A stretch of 62,802 nt of DNA, the filler included, from Choristocarpus tenellus KU-1152 (lineage: Eukaryota > Protista > Phaeophyceae): the NCBI GenBank assembly GCA_964200185.2. It is 11 parts of 11 records of this genome, joined end to end, with 100 filler letters (N's around TTAATTAATTAA, not from the genome) between each part and the next. Parts side by side here need not be neighbours in the genome. Positions count along the whole stretch, not along the records: positions 1 to 4,601 come from CAXNAD020013841.1; positions 4,702 to 10,303 come from CAXNAD020010278.1; positions 10,404 to 15,710 come from CAXNAD020011202.1; 8 more parts are not named here. One strand, given 5' to 3'. Shown here one piece after another: positions 1-12,623 of the stretch. A program made the position numbers and the translations under genes. Under the pieces are notes generated by a model. The model ran no database searches. It was not told the origin of the DNA and worked only from the letters and a program-made list of their open reading frames with translations. Within the stretch, counting starts at the first letter, position 1. Every line of letters starts with the position of its first letter.

Positions 1-224
1 CCCCCCAGATGCTTTAGGTCAAAAGAAGGAGAATATATCCAGTTTATCTTCTTGAGGGTATCGAAGAAAACCAGTGTAATGCACCAACACTCTAGAAAGT
101 ATATTGAGTCAAATCAGGTCAATCCAATCCTAACACCACCTATCACAATTTAAACAAAGGAAACAGAAGGGAAGGGAAAAGAGGAACGCGAGAGTAATTA
201 GGCCAAAAAGGGAGAAAGTGAGAA

Positions 225-660
225 AGCAGCATTCAAGTGGACAGTGGTGGTTGTTGCTTGGGCTGGCTTAGTTGCTCCGCGAGCATGACTGGCATCAGGT
301 ATCGCAGCTTTCTTGCAAACCTGCTATGAAGCTTGTTGTGTCACCCACCACGCACTTGTACCACTTGTGTTGATTAGTTGTCCATGTGCTCCATCCCTCA
401 ACTATGATCCCTACCTTCCTGAAGACGTCTTGCACGGACATCCTTTTGCCATCTGGAAGGTCCCAGAGCAACAAGACAATTAAGTAATTCATTCTCCATG
501 CGTGCAACTGACCCTGCGAACAGAAGTCTCTGTTTTTGCACGATCACCTTGATACTCTTATACCCAGTCAGTCTTCACACGGACAGTTTTTTGGTAGGGC
601 ATTGAGTGATTGGTATGCTCCTATATTGAAATCCAATGCAGAGAGAAAGGAACTTAACTT
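225..660 (-). mobile_element. Degenerate 3' fragment of an RTE-clade non-LTR retrotransposon
   Basis: Minus strand reads FLSLCIGFQYR...TGYKSIKVIVQKQRLLFAGSVARMENEL, matching the post-RT C-terminus of RTE LINEs (CIGF...TGCESIEA.RKRRLLFAG.VARM); frameshifted; homologous to 29060-30090. Confidence 0.65.
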
Positions 661-668
661 GAGGTGAT

Positions 669-790
669 GGGTCAAAGTATCTAGGGGGAGGTGCCGGCAT
701 CATTTTATTACCCTCTTTCGATTTTCACTTTTTGGTGTGATTTGGTCACACGTGTCGGATTTAAAATGTCAGCAAAAAAAAGAAGACAGT
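669..790. mobile_element. Partial MITE, CAAAGTATCT-terminus family
   Basis: GGGTCAAAGTATCTAGGGGG terminus; internal AAATGTCAGCAAAAAAAAGA is shared in reverse with 47812-47898. Confidence 0.55.
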
Positions 791-859
791 TAGGTTCCTT
801 TCTGTCCTTGCGTACGCAAGAGGAATGGGAATATATGCCACCATTTAGTTGGGTTTGGT

Positions 860-1320
860 TAGGAGTTTCAACGTTTACATGTGTCGAATTTCGAGTCTGT
901 TCAAACTGGATTATTGGTTTATGTATAGTGGTCGTGCAGTTACTATGAAGAATAAGAGATATGGGTTAGGTTGTTCCAGGGCTGGATATTGGTTTGTTTG
1001 GTTGTATGAGTGGGATTTGGTTAGCACATAAAGAGGGCTGTCGGTTAGGGTGTGTTTACCCACTGTTAGGGGATGAGGAATTGAAAAAAAGAATATGCGC
1101 TGTTGCGAGGTTGTTTTGTTCGTTTATTTGCTTGCATGAGTCGTGTCTGGTATGTACACAAAGAGGACTGTCAGTTTGGGCCTGTTCTCCCGGTTTGTGC
1201 ACGAGGAACCAAAACATATATATATCATGTACAGTTTAAATGTAATACTTCGTTTATTTGCGTGCATGTGTTGGATTTAGTATGTAATCAGACGTGGTTG
1301 TCGCTGAGGGTGTTAGGGTT
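860..1320. repeat. Degenerate tandem repeat, about 130-bp period, GT-rich
   Basis: Motif GTTT(A/G)TTTG(C/G)TTG(C/T)ATG...AAAGAGG(A/G)CTGTC(A/G)GTT recurs at about 991 and 1119, with a more diverged copy at about 1250. Confidence 0.55.
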
Positions 1321-2040
1321 GAATTTGTTGGTATGAAGGAAGGCAAAAGGGTCAGGTTTTATTTTCGGGTTAGTGTATTATATCTCTCATGTAAGGTGTG
1401 GACAGAATCTGGAGGTGTATACGAGTGGTTATTGGTCAAGGTCTATTGTCGTACGTTTCTCTGAAAGTAGTTCAAGGTACACTTCCAGAGGTCCTGGGTT
1501 GGTGCTGTGCATAGGAGCATCGTGCGTGGACTTTGGTATATGATCCTCCAAGATTCGAAGGAGGACGAGACCGGTTCTAGTTTGTCGACACTTGGACAAA
1601 GCATGAGATGGTGCATAGAGTATTGAGAAGAAGGGGGGAGGTACGTAGTAGTGTTCAAGGAATAAATAGCGGCTTTCGAAAGGACAACGTATCCATTGCA
1701 GGCCTTGGCGAATTGATTGGAAGCTTAGTTGAAAAGATGGAGGAGTTGTATAAAAAATGTTATATATTTTAGTTGTCTAAAACTTGTATTGGACACGCTC
1801 TTTTAAACAAATAATAACACAGGTCTAATCCTCAAGATGAGTATCATATATGATACACTGACGCCTCTGACTGGTAGCAATGTATCCGATACACTATCTA
1901 AATGCATAACTCATGGACTGGAAAGTGCATGAACATGGTAGTCGGACACCAAGGCAAGGTACACTGATGCATAAATCAGTGTACCTGTAACTCTACCCGT
2001 ATTTCAACAAAAAAACGAAACGACCTAAGCCCTATTTCAA

Positions 2041-4530
2041 TTAGTGGGCGGACTCGAAATTGCATTCGTCACCCTTCTCCCACCCCTCTGAGAGCTTAGG
2101 GTATGCCTCGACAAGAAGGTGCCATAGATTTAGGCGTGTGGAGTACCTGGCGTTCCAAGGTTCGGGCTTCACGAGGCTCAAGAAGATAGTCCTCCTCGCC
2201 TGGAGTGCTTCCACATGCTCGGGACACAACGTGTTGCCTGGCTTCCCTCCACGATCGCCGAGTTTGACCTGTGTGGGCTCGTAGACGTAGCATTCATCCC
2301 CGAAAACAAGAGAAACGGCCCCTTTTCCGGCCTTGATGAGCCTGAATCCATGTTTGTATATGACTTGGGTGAAGATTTGAGTGTGCACTCGATACTGTGA
2401 AGAAGCAAGTTTTGTTGCCGATCGTAGGAGCTCGGTAACGCACGCCTCCATGGAGGCTTCGGTGATCCCCACATCGAATGCATCACCAGAGTCGGTTGCG
2501 TCCTGTGTGACGCAATTCTCATCACCATAAGATGACCTTTCGTCGTCATCGTTATACCTTGATGTAGATGAACATGGCTTACCACGTATCAGCCCATTTT
2601 GGCAGAAGCGAAGATGTCTGCGAAGAAGCCAGGTTCTAAAGCGCTGCCATGAGGACCACGAGGATGTTTGAGGGGTCTCATCAGTCCAGCACCTTCTCTC
2701 ATCCTCTTCTTCCTAATTAGTGTCATTTTCCCCTTTCCTTTGCCCTTCTTGGAAGGCTTGTCCCTTGGGGTTGGGGTAGGACGAGCATGGGCGCAGTTCT
2801 CACTTCGCCTCACAGTATGGCCATAGGTGTTCCCTGGCACTTGTGACTTGTCGCTGCCGCTGCCCACCGAACGGGCGTTTGGAGACATTCCGGGGTCACT
2901 CCCGAAAGCCGTGGACTCTGAGTCCGTGCCTGAACGCCCACCCACGTCCTCTTGTACAAGTTCCTCTGGACCTGACAAAGCGTCACAATCGGGTCGGTCC
3001 CCATCGCCTCCAGATTCTTCTCTCAACATGCTCTTCCGAAATATCGTCCTTTTCCTCTTTCCGTTACCTTTCACAGAAGGCTTTGTTCCTCGGTGTTATG
3101 GTTGGATGAGCATGGGCGTGGTTCTCACTTCGCCCCACAGTATCGTGGTAGGTGTTCCCTGGCACCTTGGACTCGTCACCATCGCTGCCCACCAAATGGG
3201 CGTTCGGGGACATACATGGGTCACTCCTGACAGGTGTGGACTCTGAGTCCCTGCCTAGCCGCCCCCTCACGTCTTCATGTGCAAGTTCCTCTGGACCTGA
3301 CAAAGCCTTACAAACGGGTCGGTCCCCATCACCTTCAGAGTCGTGTTCCGAGGGTGTGATTGTATGCCTCCCCCCTCATAGAGTCCTGCTTCCTGTACCT
3401 ACTGCAGGGCTAGGCGATGGGTTATCTTGTTCCTCTTCACCACCTGGTGGGTTGGGTCTTCCACAAGGTATAGGCACGGATACGCCACCAGCTGCCGGTG
3501 TCTTCAGTGCGAAATTGCGGAAGGTGGAGAGTTTGTCTATAAGGAGTTTGATACGATCCGGATCTAGGTTGTCCCCGAGGGCGATGCATGAGATTACCAT
3601 GCCTCCTGGTCGCGTCTGGAGAAGGGCGACTTCTCTCTCGTGAGCGGCGCTCGTTTCGGACTTGAACTTCTCGAGGTCGTGCTCGGATGTGTCGTTCTTG
3701 TCTGGGGTGATCACGATGGTTGTAAATCTACTTATCTCTGTGATGGTAGAGGAGCAGGCAAAGGACGTGGTGAAGTAGGGATCAAAACAACCGGAGGGGT
3801 GTTTAGCGTTAGGAGGCAAGGGATGAGGTAGATGTTGGTGAGAAGGAGAAAGCGATGCAGGGTACAGAGGAGGAGGCAGGGGCTGAGGAAAGGATGGATG
3901 GATTAGAGTACTTGAGGTTAGTGAAACTTGGGCGGATTATTCGAGCCCATAAAACAGGCAGACAAATAGGGCTGGTAACATATAGGGTGAAGAGGATGCG
4001 TATAGGACTAGCATGTAACCGCGACATAATTTCCCTTCTTTTGCCGGGTTCTGTCGATCGGTACAACACAGCGAAAAGTATGAATCAATCTGTTCGACGA
4101 GCAACTTCGCAACATATAAAACCGGAGAACCCTGTGACAATGTTAGTTGTGAAACTGTCAAACGTCGGTAAGATCTGTGAGAGTCTAGTTTGTGTGTTTG
4201 GTGTAGGGAACCATGTTTGGATGTTAATGTATGACGATGTTGTGTACAATGATGTAATTGCTTGCCTGTGTGTTCGTCACTGGTGTTCAGGGTAACGCCC
4301 TCCGGGTATTTGACGATGTCCAGGTATTTTGTGTCCTCCTCCACATCCTCCCTCTACACAAGGTCACTTTTCACCTGTGGATTTCATGGGGTTACATTAA
4401 TGTGCGCGATCAGGGCGTTTATTGTGAGGTGGCTTGATACGAACTGAAATACGGTGGAGAGATGAGATGATGAACTTCACACTCAGTTGAGTACCTCGTC
4501 GCTGAGGATGTATTTTCTCGTAGGAGGACC
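2041..4530 (-). pseudogene. Long disrupted ORF of unknown product: possible Ulp1-like N-terminal part, duplicated low-complexity middle, 143-aa C-terminal domain
   Basis: Same-strand ORFs 3937-4344, 3376-3819, 3064-3303, 2589-3074 and 2041-2472 abut, separated by single stops or frameshifts; GC is higher than in the flanks. Confidence 0.45.
2744..3337. repeat. Direct duplication of about 265 bp with about 325-bp period (2744-3010 and 3068-3337)
   Basis: GAGCATGGGCG..GTTCTCACTTCGCC...GTTCCCTGGCAC...CAAGTTCCTCTGGACCTGACAAAG...GGGTCGGTCCCCATC occurs twice; peptides LSGPEELVQEDV and LSGPEELAHEDV. Confidence 0.9.
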
Positions 4531-4601
4531 CTCTGTGTAAAATAGGACAATAGTGAGGTGTACCTTATTTTGTGTATATGAGATTATTGTGTTGATTGAG
4601 T

Positions 4602-4701
4602 NNNNNNNNNNNNNNNNNNNNNNNNNNNNNNNNNNNNNNNNNNNNTTAATTAATTAANNNNNNNNNNNNNNNNNNNNNNNNNNNNNNNNNNNNNNNNNNN
4701 N
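4602..4701. other. Artificial contig spacer (44 N + TTAATTAATTAA + 44 N); also at 10304-10403, 15711-15810, 18587-18686, 25338-25437, 28753-28852, 35772-35871, 42212-42311, 47899-47998, 58312-58411
   Basis: Ten identical 100-nt blocks with a palindromic linker that has stops in all six frames, so segments either side are not known to be adjacent. Confidence 0.97.
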
Positions 4702-5529
4702 CCCCCCCTCCCAGATACTTTGGGTCAAGCACTAAGGAAATTATTTTCTGCGTAACCACCTTGTTGCATATAATAACATAGTAATATAGTATGGCTGTGC
4801 AAGGTAGGGCAAGTTTCAAGAGAAGGCTTGAGGTCGTTGGGATGTTGAATATATACCTACTACGTATTTGAGATGTAAGAAAGTTCGTGTAAGGAAAGAG
4901 AAATATTGACACACCAAACATTAAAACGCCTCCCAAAATGTGGAACGTCTCTGTTTTTCAGTTAATTCCGACCTAATGAAGTCGTTTTCGTTATTTTCCA
5001 ATATGTTGAAACTGTTCTGCTTCTTTTAGGATCTATAGAACCCAAGTACATAACAAAATAACGTGAGCAAGGAAAACGCTCGCCCCTTGCTTGTCTGGAC
5101 ATATTAACGTGTAGGTAAAAGCAAAACCCAATATGGAGAAAACACGCGTATGGAAGAAGAGTGATACCAGAAAATTAACATCTTACTTTGACCTAACATA
5201 AAATAAAACGTCTTTTTTTGGGGGGGGGGTATTAGTAGATAGTGCGTAGCTTTTTTTATTGGTTTTGATAATGAGAGGAAGACCACACACACATCACTCT
5301 CCATACTCCACATCGCCACGGGGTGCAGGGGACTACTACTACTTCTGTCTTCTGTGCACTCCACCAGTGTCTCAGCAAGTTTTTTTTTAAGGTAGTTCTG
5401 TAGGACCTTCAAGCACAAGGACTCAGGGGAAGGTCAAGTCTCGACATAGGTAGGGACCACTGACCAGGTAAATCAGGGAGGTCGAGAAGAAGGCGAGCCT
5501 TAATGCTGGATGTTGCCTCCTGAGGTTTA

Positions 5530-6950
5530 TCATGTATTACTATGATTCAACCGAAAAGTGCCCTCAATGCAGAAGATCCGTGTTTCTTGCAACTCCACAT
5601 ATTTTAAAAAAATCAGCTGGAGTAGACTCACATTTGTGAGCATATGATTCTGTACCAAAGAGGTTGTGTACCGCAAATATGACCATACCAGAAGGTAAGG
5701 GGAAGGCACTACGTATCCAACAGTAGTCTTGCTCTTTTCTCTGTACGCTCTTAGCCCGTGTCCTGTCACCACAATAAGGAACACTACAAAACAGAAATAC
5801 ACAAATTAAAATGCGACAACAAATCATGTTCTCAATATTTTGTAGAACTTGATGTTTGTGCCACACCCTTCGTATGCTACAGGACAGCTTTCGCTGATAT
5901 GAGATTGTAGCTGATACTCATGTGTTTGAATTCCATCTCTGTGCTCTTTCTCATCTATGTCACATCCCTTGTACACCTCGCAAGAGTCTCTGTCTGAGGA
6001 TACAGGGCATGCTGACCTTCTCAAGTGAGAAACAATCTGGAGCACTACAATAGGAATAATGTGGTTTATACTTTGACTTTGATGTTGTTGTTGTGGCGAA
6101 CAGAAGGGCAAACTGTAGGGAAAAATGTCTTTTGTTTAAATTGGATATACATATTGCCATGCCGACCCACTGGTGTTACTTGGCATCAACAGCACCTACT
6201 AATGGTGCTCCTTAGTGCACACCTATCCGATTAAAGTACTGCAATACTTTCATCCAATTTTTAACCTTTGGCAAGCTCCACATTGGCATCATCTATTGGG
6301 CGTAAGTGTATATGATACAGTATTCCCCTCCCTCTATTTCTATTTCTGCATCCCTTCTTGTCGTGCTACTTTACTGTCTGTAATATAAAATTCCTTGTCA
6401 GCTACCAACTGGACACTACCCCTCGTGCTTCTTGTTGTGTTGGATGAAGATCCTATTCTGCGGATGCCTGTTCCATCAGCATCATAGTGTGTGGCAACAG
6501 GGTCTGTATCATGCGAGGATCCGGGCCTGCAGACCAGGTGGCACAGCTAGAATCACTGAGAGTAAGACAGGATGATTTCTTTTTTGTAGTTGGGCATTTC
6601 AAAACCAAAGTATCAAATACTTTGTATATACTGAGTGATTTATAGCTTGTTGGTCAGGACTTTTTGCATGACTTTATGGGATGGAGACCGCAGACCTAGT
6701 ACTGATGTAGGACTTACTCTCCCATTAGAATCTTTGACTCAAGCTAAACTCAACTCCAATGCACTCTGGAGAAAAACGGACTCCGTACTTTGATATTTGA
6801 AAGTGTGACCCAACCTTCATCAGGAACCACTTTGACCAGACCAGGAATCTACCTTATGTCCTGACCGTGGGCACACTACTCTGCACGACAGTATACCCTT
6901 GAATCATAGAAGTTGGGCGTGTCAGTGATTTTGGGAGCACATTGTTGTCC
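5530..6950 (-). mobile_element. Highly degenerate Ty1/copia pol remnant (integrase, RT, RNase H order)
   Basis: KSKTTVGYVV...VWS resembles the copia RNase H motif RKSTTGYV..W.S; KTFFPTV resembles RT ETF.P; many stops. Confidence 0.4.
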
Positions 6951-8123
6951 AAACCAATAATTCTTCATTTCTTGGTTATATTATTGTGTTCTAAATTCGG
7001 GGTGTTTTTGTAGATTGAGTGTTTTCCTAGTACAGGTTTCCACCAAATACTCGAGGTTTACATCCACAAAATAAATATAGAGAGCTTAGTATCCTAGAGG
7101 GGATTGATTCAAGCTGTTGGGGCTAAGGGACTTATGAAATCTTGTTCTTGACACCTCAGTTTCCATGCCCAAAACGCCTGGGATAGTCCTGGGATAGCAT
7201 GCAAACTTAATCATAAGGTATATGATAGGTGACACTTCACACAAGATGTGGTGAATCACAGGTTGTGACACTCCAAGCTATCTGTATGGATAATTTCTAT
7301 TTTGTTATGATTAAACGACAAAGCTGCAACTAGCTACATCTCTGGGTTATTGAACCCTCACCTCCGTGGAACTTTGCCTCCATTTTTTGGAAGGTCAGTC
7401 TCCATAATTTCTCCTTGAAATGCTGTATCATCCTCAGTAGAGGTTGGCTTTGATTTTTCTTGAATTGCCTCTTTTTCTGCATCTTGAGAGATGTAACTGC
7501 CTTGCAGAGAACTTCCATGTGGCGGGAACTCTTGTCATTATGCATATTAAGGGTACTTGATCGCGCAGTTGAGAAATTTGGCAATCGTATATTAATAATG
7601 TAATAGAAACGAGGAAAGCTACAAACGTATACCACCATGAACATGGCATAGAATTTCGTGGTCTATGAAGTATCACACCTCAAGATATTCGCTTGTACTG
7701 TCTTGCAGTTCAGATGGTCCATCAGCAGGTTTTGTTCTTCTTCGGTTGTCGCCACATCCTCACTGGTATCAAGCTCGTGGAGTTCATGGTGCTCCTCCAT
7801 TACCATGTCGTGGGTGTGGGATCTGCCTGGTTGAGGGCTTGACAGTGACAACAGATAGAAAGATACCAAAGCATGCACCAAACAGTTAGAAGTGTCATCA
7901 TGACACTCTGAAATCTTGATAGGCAAACAACTTGTCTTCCAACTCATGAGCTAATTGGCCGTTGAGATACTCTCAGCTGCTCACCAGTGAGAAGTGGAGT
8001 TTTTATGGATAGGTGAAAAATCACTAGAGAGATAGATCCAAGGTTGTGATGCTCCAAAATATTGATAACCACAAAGCTCTAGTGTTTTCTTTCAACTCAT
8101 GAGTTCATCAGCAGATGGGATAG

Positions 8124-9946
8124 TCTCATCAGTGCGGTAATGTACTCTGCAGAGTGTTCTAAGGATGTACACAGAAGCAATACATAGAAATTATAGAGTC
8201 CACAATGATAAACACACCTCCCAGGATTGACAATTTTTTTATTAGATTCATCTTTCGACTGGCCCCCCTTGGCTTCAGTTGGTACCACATCCTCAGGATC
8301 ATGAGAATGCTGAGGACTTGTACACTCCTTCACCGTCAAGTTCTGGAAGTGAGAGTAACCTGATCGAAGACTAGAGAATGTCGTGAGGGATATCATGGCA
8401 CATCAATCCACCAGTAAGAAAATATGCGGATGAGGGCATGAGGTCACACAAGTTAGTTGAATATCAGGTCATGACACTCCCACGAACTATGCTTTCGTGT
8501 TTCAACTCTGACCTTTTCCTTTGTAGGGTGATCTCAGTCGCATAGGAGTCCAGAAACGGAAGACAGAATTGTGTTTGTTAGGAAGTGTCAATATCCTTGT
8601 TCCAAACACACCTTTTCATAACGTATACATTTTACCTACTCCGACACATTTTGGAGTAGGCAAAATGTCATTAAAAACTCGTGGGAAGCCAAGCCCCGAA
8701 CGGACAAACAGGGCAAAACTCGTACCCTCTAAGATACTTCACTCTAAGTCTACCAGTACCAACGCGCCTTGAGGTATTGGCTTGTACGGTTTTGGGGCCA
8801 ATGTCATCTTTCATACTTTGCTCTTCTCCAATTGTCACCATATCTTCAGTGACATCAAGTTGTTGTCCTTGTTCACGCTTCTCCCAGTACTGGGAATGGT
8901 AACTGCTGGAAGGATTCACCACACCCTTGGAGACATTGAGCTGTTGTTTTTGTTGTTGGCCCTCCCAGTATGGGGAGTGGAAACTGTCTAGTAGGGGACT
9001 TGACGATGACAAGAGGGATATCATAGCATGCAATCAACCAGTGAGGTAGGAGAGGACAAGGGTGAGAAGACACAGAAGCCTTCAGATATTTAAGGTAATG
9101 ACATTCCAAAGCCTGCCTTGTTCTCAGTATTGAAGCACTCCCTCAAATGGCTTCAAGCTTCTAATATGAAGAAAAGGTGGGGCTTAGGGGTCTACGAAGA
9201 TAATCATACTTTAAGTTATCCGCTTGTATTGTTTTGCGGTTAATATGATCCTTCTGCAGACTCTGTTCTTCTTCAACTATACCATATCCTCACTGGCACC
9301 AAGCCGTGGACTTCCATGATACTCCTCCATGGTCGAGTCCCGTGTGGGGGCTGCAGGGTGGAATGCTTGAGTGTGGAGAACGATATATCATAGCATGTAA
9401 TCAACCAACAAAAAATGAAGCGTTTCTGGATGATTAATATTTCACATTAGGGATAGATCTAAGGTTGTGAGGCTCCAAATCATACTAAGTAAAGAACCCG
9501 TCTTATATCTCCCGACTTAATCGACATGTTGGGTGCTCTCATCAGTGCAGTAATGTACTCTGCAGAATATTCTAAGGATGTACACAGAAACAATACATTG
9601 AAATTAGAGAGTCCACAATGATATACACACCTCCCAGGATTGACGATTTTTCTATTAGATTCATTTTTCAACTGCTTCTCCTTGACTTCAGTTTTCACCA
9701 CATCCTCAGGGTCACGAGAATGCTGAGGACTTGTACACTCCTTCACCGTCAAGTTCTGGAAGTGAGAGTAACCTGATCGAAGACTAGAGAACGGCATGAG
9801 GGATATCATGGCACACCAATCCAACAGCAAGAAAATATGTGGATGAGGACATCAGGTAACACAAGTTAGTTGAATATCAGGTCATGACACTCCCACGAAC
9901 TGTGCTTTCGTGTTCAACTCTGGCCTTTTCCTTTGTAGGGTGATCT
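8124..9946. repeat. Duplicated block of about 410 bp (8124-8534 and 9538-9946) in a region of repeated ~130-bp modules
   Basis: Near-identical CTCATCAGTGC.GTAATG...CTTTGTAGGGTGATCT; ORFs 8097-8396 and 9480-9830 encode near-identical peptides. Confidence 0.9.
8560..8744. mobile_element. MITE subfamily B, partial copy
   Basis: Ends in GTACCCTCTAAGATACTTCACTC; body aligns with 10742-11003. Confidence 0.8.
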
Positions 9947-10129
9947 GGCTCAAAGTATCTGGGGGGGGGGGGGAGTCTACACTAGGGTGTCCATTCGGGC
10001 TCTGACCAGGAAAAGTGCACTTATATTATCCATCCGACTCATGCAACCAAATCACCGAAAAATCGCAACATGGAAAAATGGGCCCCAAATGGACAGGCAC
10101 AACCAACCCCCTCCCTGATACTTTAAGCC
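9947..10129. mobile_element. MITE subfamily A, complete (about 180 bp)
   Basis: TIRs GGCTCAAAGTATCTGGGGG / CCCTGATACTTTAAGCC, flanked by TCT on both sides; absent from the paralogous block at about 8534. Confidence 0.85.
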
Positions 10130-10132
10130 TCT

Positions 10133-10303
10133 GAGCCAAAGTATCTTAGAGGGTAGGTAGAGCCGCGTCCATTCGGGGGTTAAGATCCAATGTTGCGATT
10201 TTGATGTAATTTTGACTATCATGTTTGTGAGGAAGTGTCAATATCCATGTTCCAGATACACCTTTTCATAACAGATACACTCTACCTACTCCTAAACATT
10301 TTG
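10133..10303. mobile_element. MITE subfamily B, truncated by contig end
   Basis: GAGCCAAAGTATCTTAGAGGGT terminus; body homologous to 10742-11003. Confidence 0.8.
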
Positions 10304-10410
10304 NNNNNNNNNNNNNNNNNNNNNNNNNNNNNNNNNNNNNNNNNNNNTTAATTAATTAANNNNNNNNNNNNNNNNNNNNNNNNNNNNNNNNNNNNNNNNN
10401 NNNGGGATAA

Positions 10411-10589
10411 GGCCTAAGTATTTCGGAAGGGGGGGGGGGTCTACACCAGGGCGTCCATTTGGACCAAAACCAGGAAAAGTGCACTTTCATTATCCATCCA
10501 ACGTATGGAACCAAATCATCCAAAAATCGCCACATGAAAAACTTAGCCCCAAATGGACAGTCATCACGCCCCTCCAGATACTTTGAGCC
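10411..10589. mobile_element. MITE subfamily A, complete
   Basis: Imperfect TIRs; ATAA on both sides (10407-10410 and 10590-10593); body homologous to 9947-10129. Confidence 0.8.
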
Positions 10590-10741
10590 ATAACTGGGGT
10601 GCAATACATTAATATAGGCAGCGACAGCAATAGGCTTCAACGGAAGAATGAGGCATGTAGAGACAAAAAGTTGAAATGCACAAGGGAGTACGTCAGCCAA
10701 GGAATTTTTGTAGTGAAGTATATACCTACCGCTCAGCAACG

Positions 10742-11003
10742 GATTCAAAGTATTTTAAAGAGGGTAGAGTCGCGTCCATTTGGGCGCCAAAATCCAATAT
10801 TTCGATTTTGACGTAATTTTGGCTATCGTGTTTGATAGGAAGCGTCAATATCCTTGTTCTGGACACAACTTTTCATAACGTACACGTTTTACCTACTCCG
10901 AAACATTTCTCAAAGGTAAAATATCATTAAAAAAAGCCGTGGGAAGTCAAGTCCCAAACGGACAAACAAGACGAAACTCGTACCCTCTAAGATACTTTCA
11001 CTC
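10742..11003. mobile_element. MITE subfamily B, complete (about 260 bp)
   Basis: TIRs GATTCAAAGTATTTTAAAGAGGGTA / TACCCTCTAAGATACTTTCACTC. Confidence 0.85.
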
Positions 11004-12623
11004 AACTTGCTGACATTCTACCAAAGCAACTACGGAAGAAGCAGGTAAAAGATTTCGTAGACACTGTACTGATAAGATGAATTGTAGGTGTGTGAGAGTC
11101 GAAGAAACCTGTGTCTGTTTTGTTTACTTCTTCTCTCAGGTGGGAGTGTGCAGAATACGATGTGACTTACAGTAGCATGTGACCATAAGCATTCAAGATC
11201 ATGTTTCATATCTTAGTGGGATATTTGTAGAGAATCAATTCTGGGTTTTGATGTCCACATGTTCGAGACGTTATATTTCCAAATCTTGGAGTCCTCTAGA
11301 GAAGCGTTGTAACTGTTCAGTTTTAGTGGTTCCTCCTAGAAGCAGCAGGTACTAAGTCAAGCCCCACCATCTATAATAATATCATACTTCTCTTTTCAAC
11401 GGCCTCATCACGTTCAGTAAAGGGGAATCGTGTGAGACTCCCGTCTCACTCTTTTTTCTCTTCTTCCATACTGACGCAACAAACAGCAGTCTAAATCTGC
11501 ACAGCACCTAGGCCCTGTTATGATAGACGAGAGGAATCGGGTAGAGGAGCACGTACCATTGGTCTCCTCACTTTGGAATCATGTAGCACTCTCTGGCCCT
11601 TCTAGTTGGAGGGTAGCTTACCACAGTACCTTTGGTCATTGAACAATGCACGAGGGAAAGGAAAGTCACGCATGTTCTTCTTGCACTTGAGAGGAACGAA
11701 TCAACCTCATTTAACTATAGGTGTATTGCCGCCAACACACACTAATATATGTAGCTACGGTAGAGTAGGATGTACTTGGTTGGGGAGGTGCATAAAGGTG
11801 TAAATCATTACAGGAAAAACGCGTATGGTGGTATAGATTATTGTAAGTAGAAGAATCGCATAAGGTCCTAGGCACGGACTGGAACAGGAAGCTTGCAGGA
11901 CATTCCCATCATTGAATGTTCAGTAGTGACGACAGGAGTAGAACCTTCCCTCTCTCCAGTTCTGTAAACCACGAAATCATACTACTAGCATCAATACATC
12001 TCCAAAACTCAACTCCTTTTACTCAGTAATGAATTCAGTTGTGTATCCCTGATGATGATCTGGTGTGCCCTTCCTGCATCAAGATCTATAAATACGCTAT
12101 GTTCTTGTGATTAATTTTTCTGCATTCAGTGTTGTACTCGAAATTATTAATAAGGTGTTTAAGATTGTGCTTCCAGAATGGTCACAGGATTGATTTTCCA
12201 GTGGCAAGATAATCAAAGAGTTTATTTGTATTAGCGGGAAGACAGGATCCTACGAGTTAGAGATTGTGTTGTGTCAGAGATCAAAATATTGTTATATGAT
12301 CAAACCTCGGAAAACGTATCACTCACGTATCAAAACGTAACATTTTATTGCTACACACAACAAGGCATTGTTTGGTTATAGGATATTATGGAGCAGATTG
12401 TCACGAGTGCTTCATGGACAACCAAACCAACACTACGGACTGAATTGACCCAAACACTACTGAACCATGAACATTATATATCAAATGACCCAGGGGAGTA
12501 CTGACCTGGATGAGGGACATGATACAGCAAATAATGACCCCAAGCATTACCCGAGACATCAAAGCTGTCGTATCTTTGAAGGGGATATTGAGTATCTGGG
12601 ACCCCTGTGACTACCTTGTGATA

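Noticed and set aside
4602-4701. TTAATTAATTAA as a biological motif, and gene neighbourhoods across the N blocks
   Set aside because: Artificial linker; adjacency between contigs carries no information.
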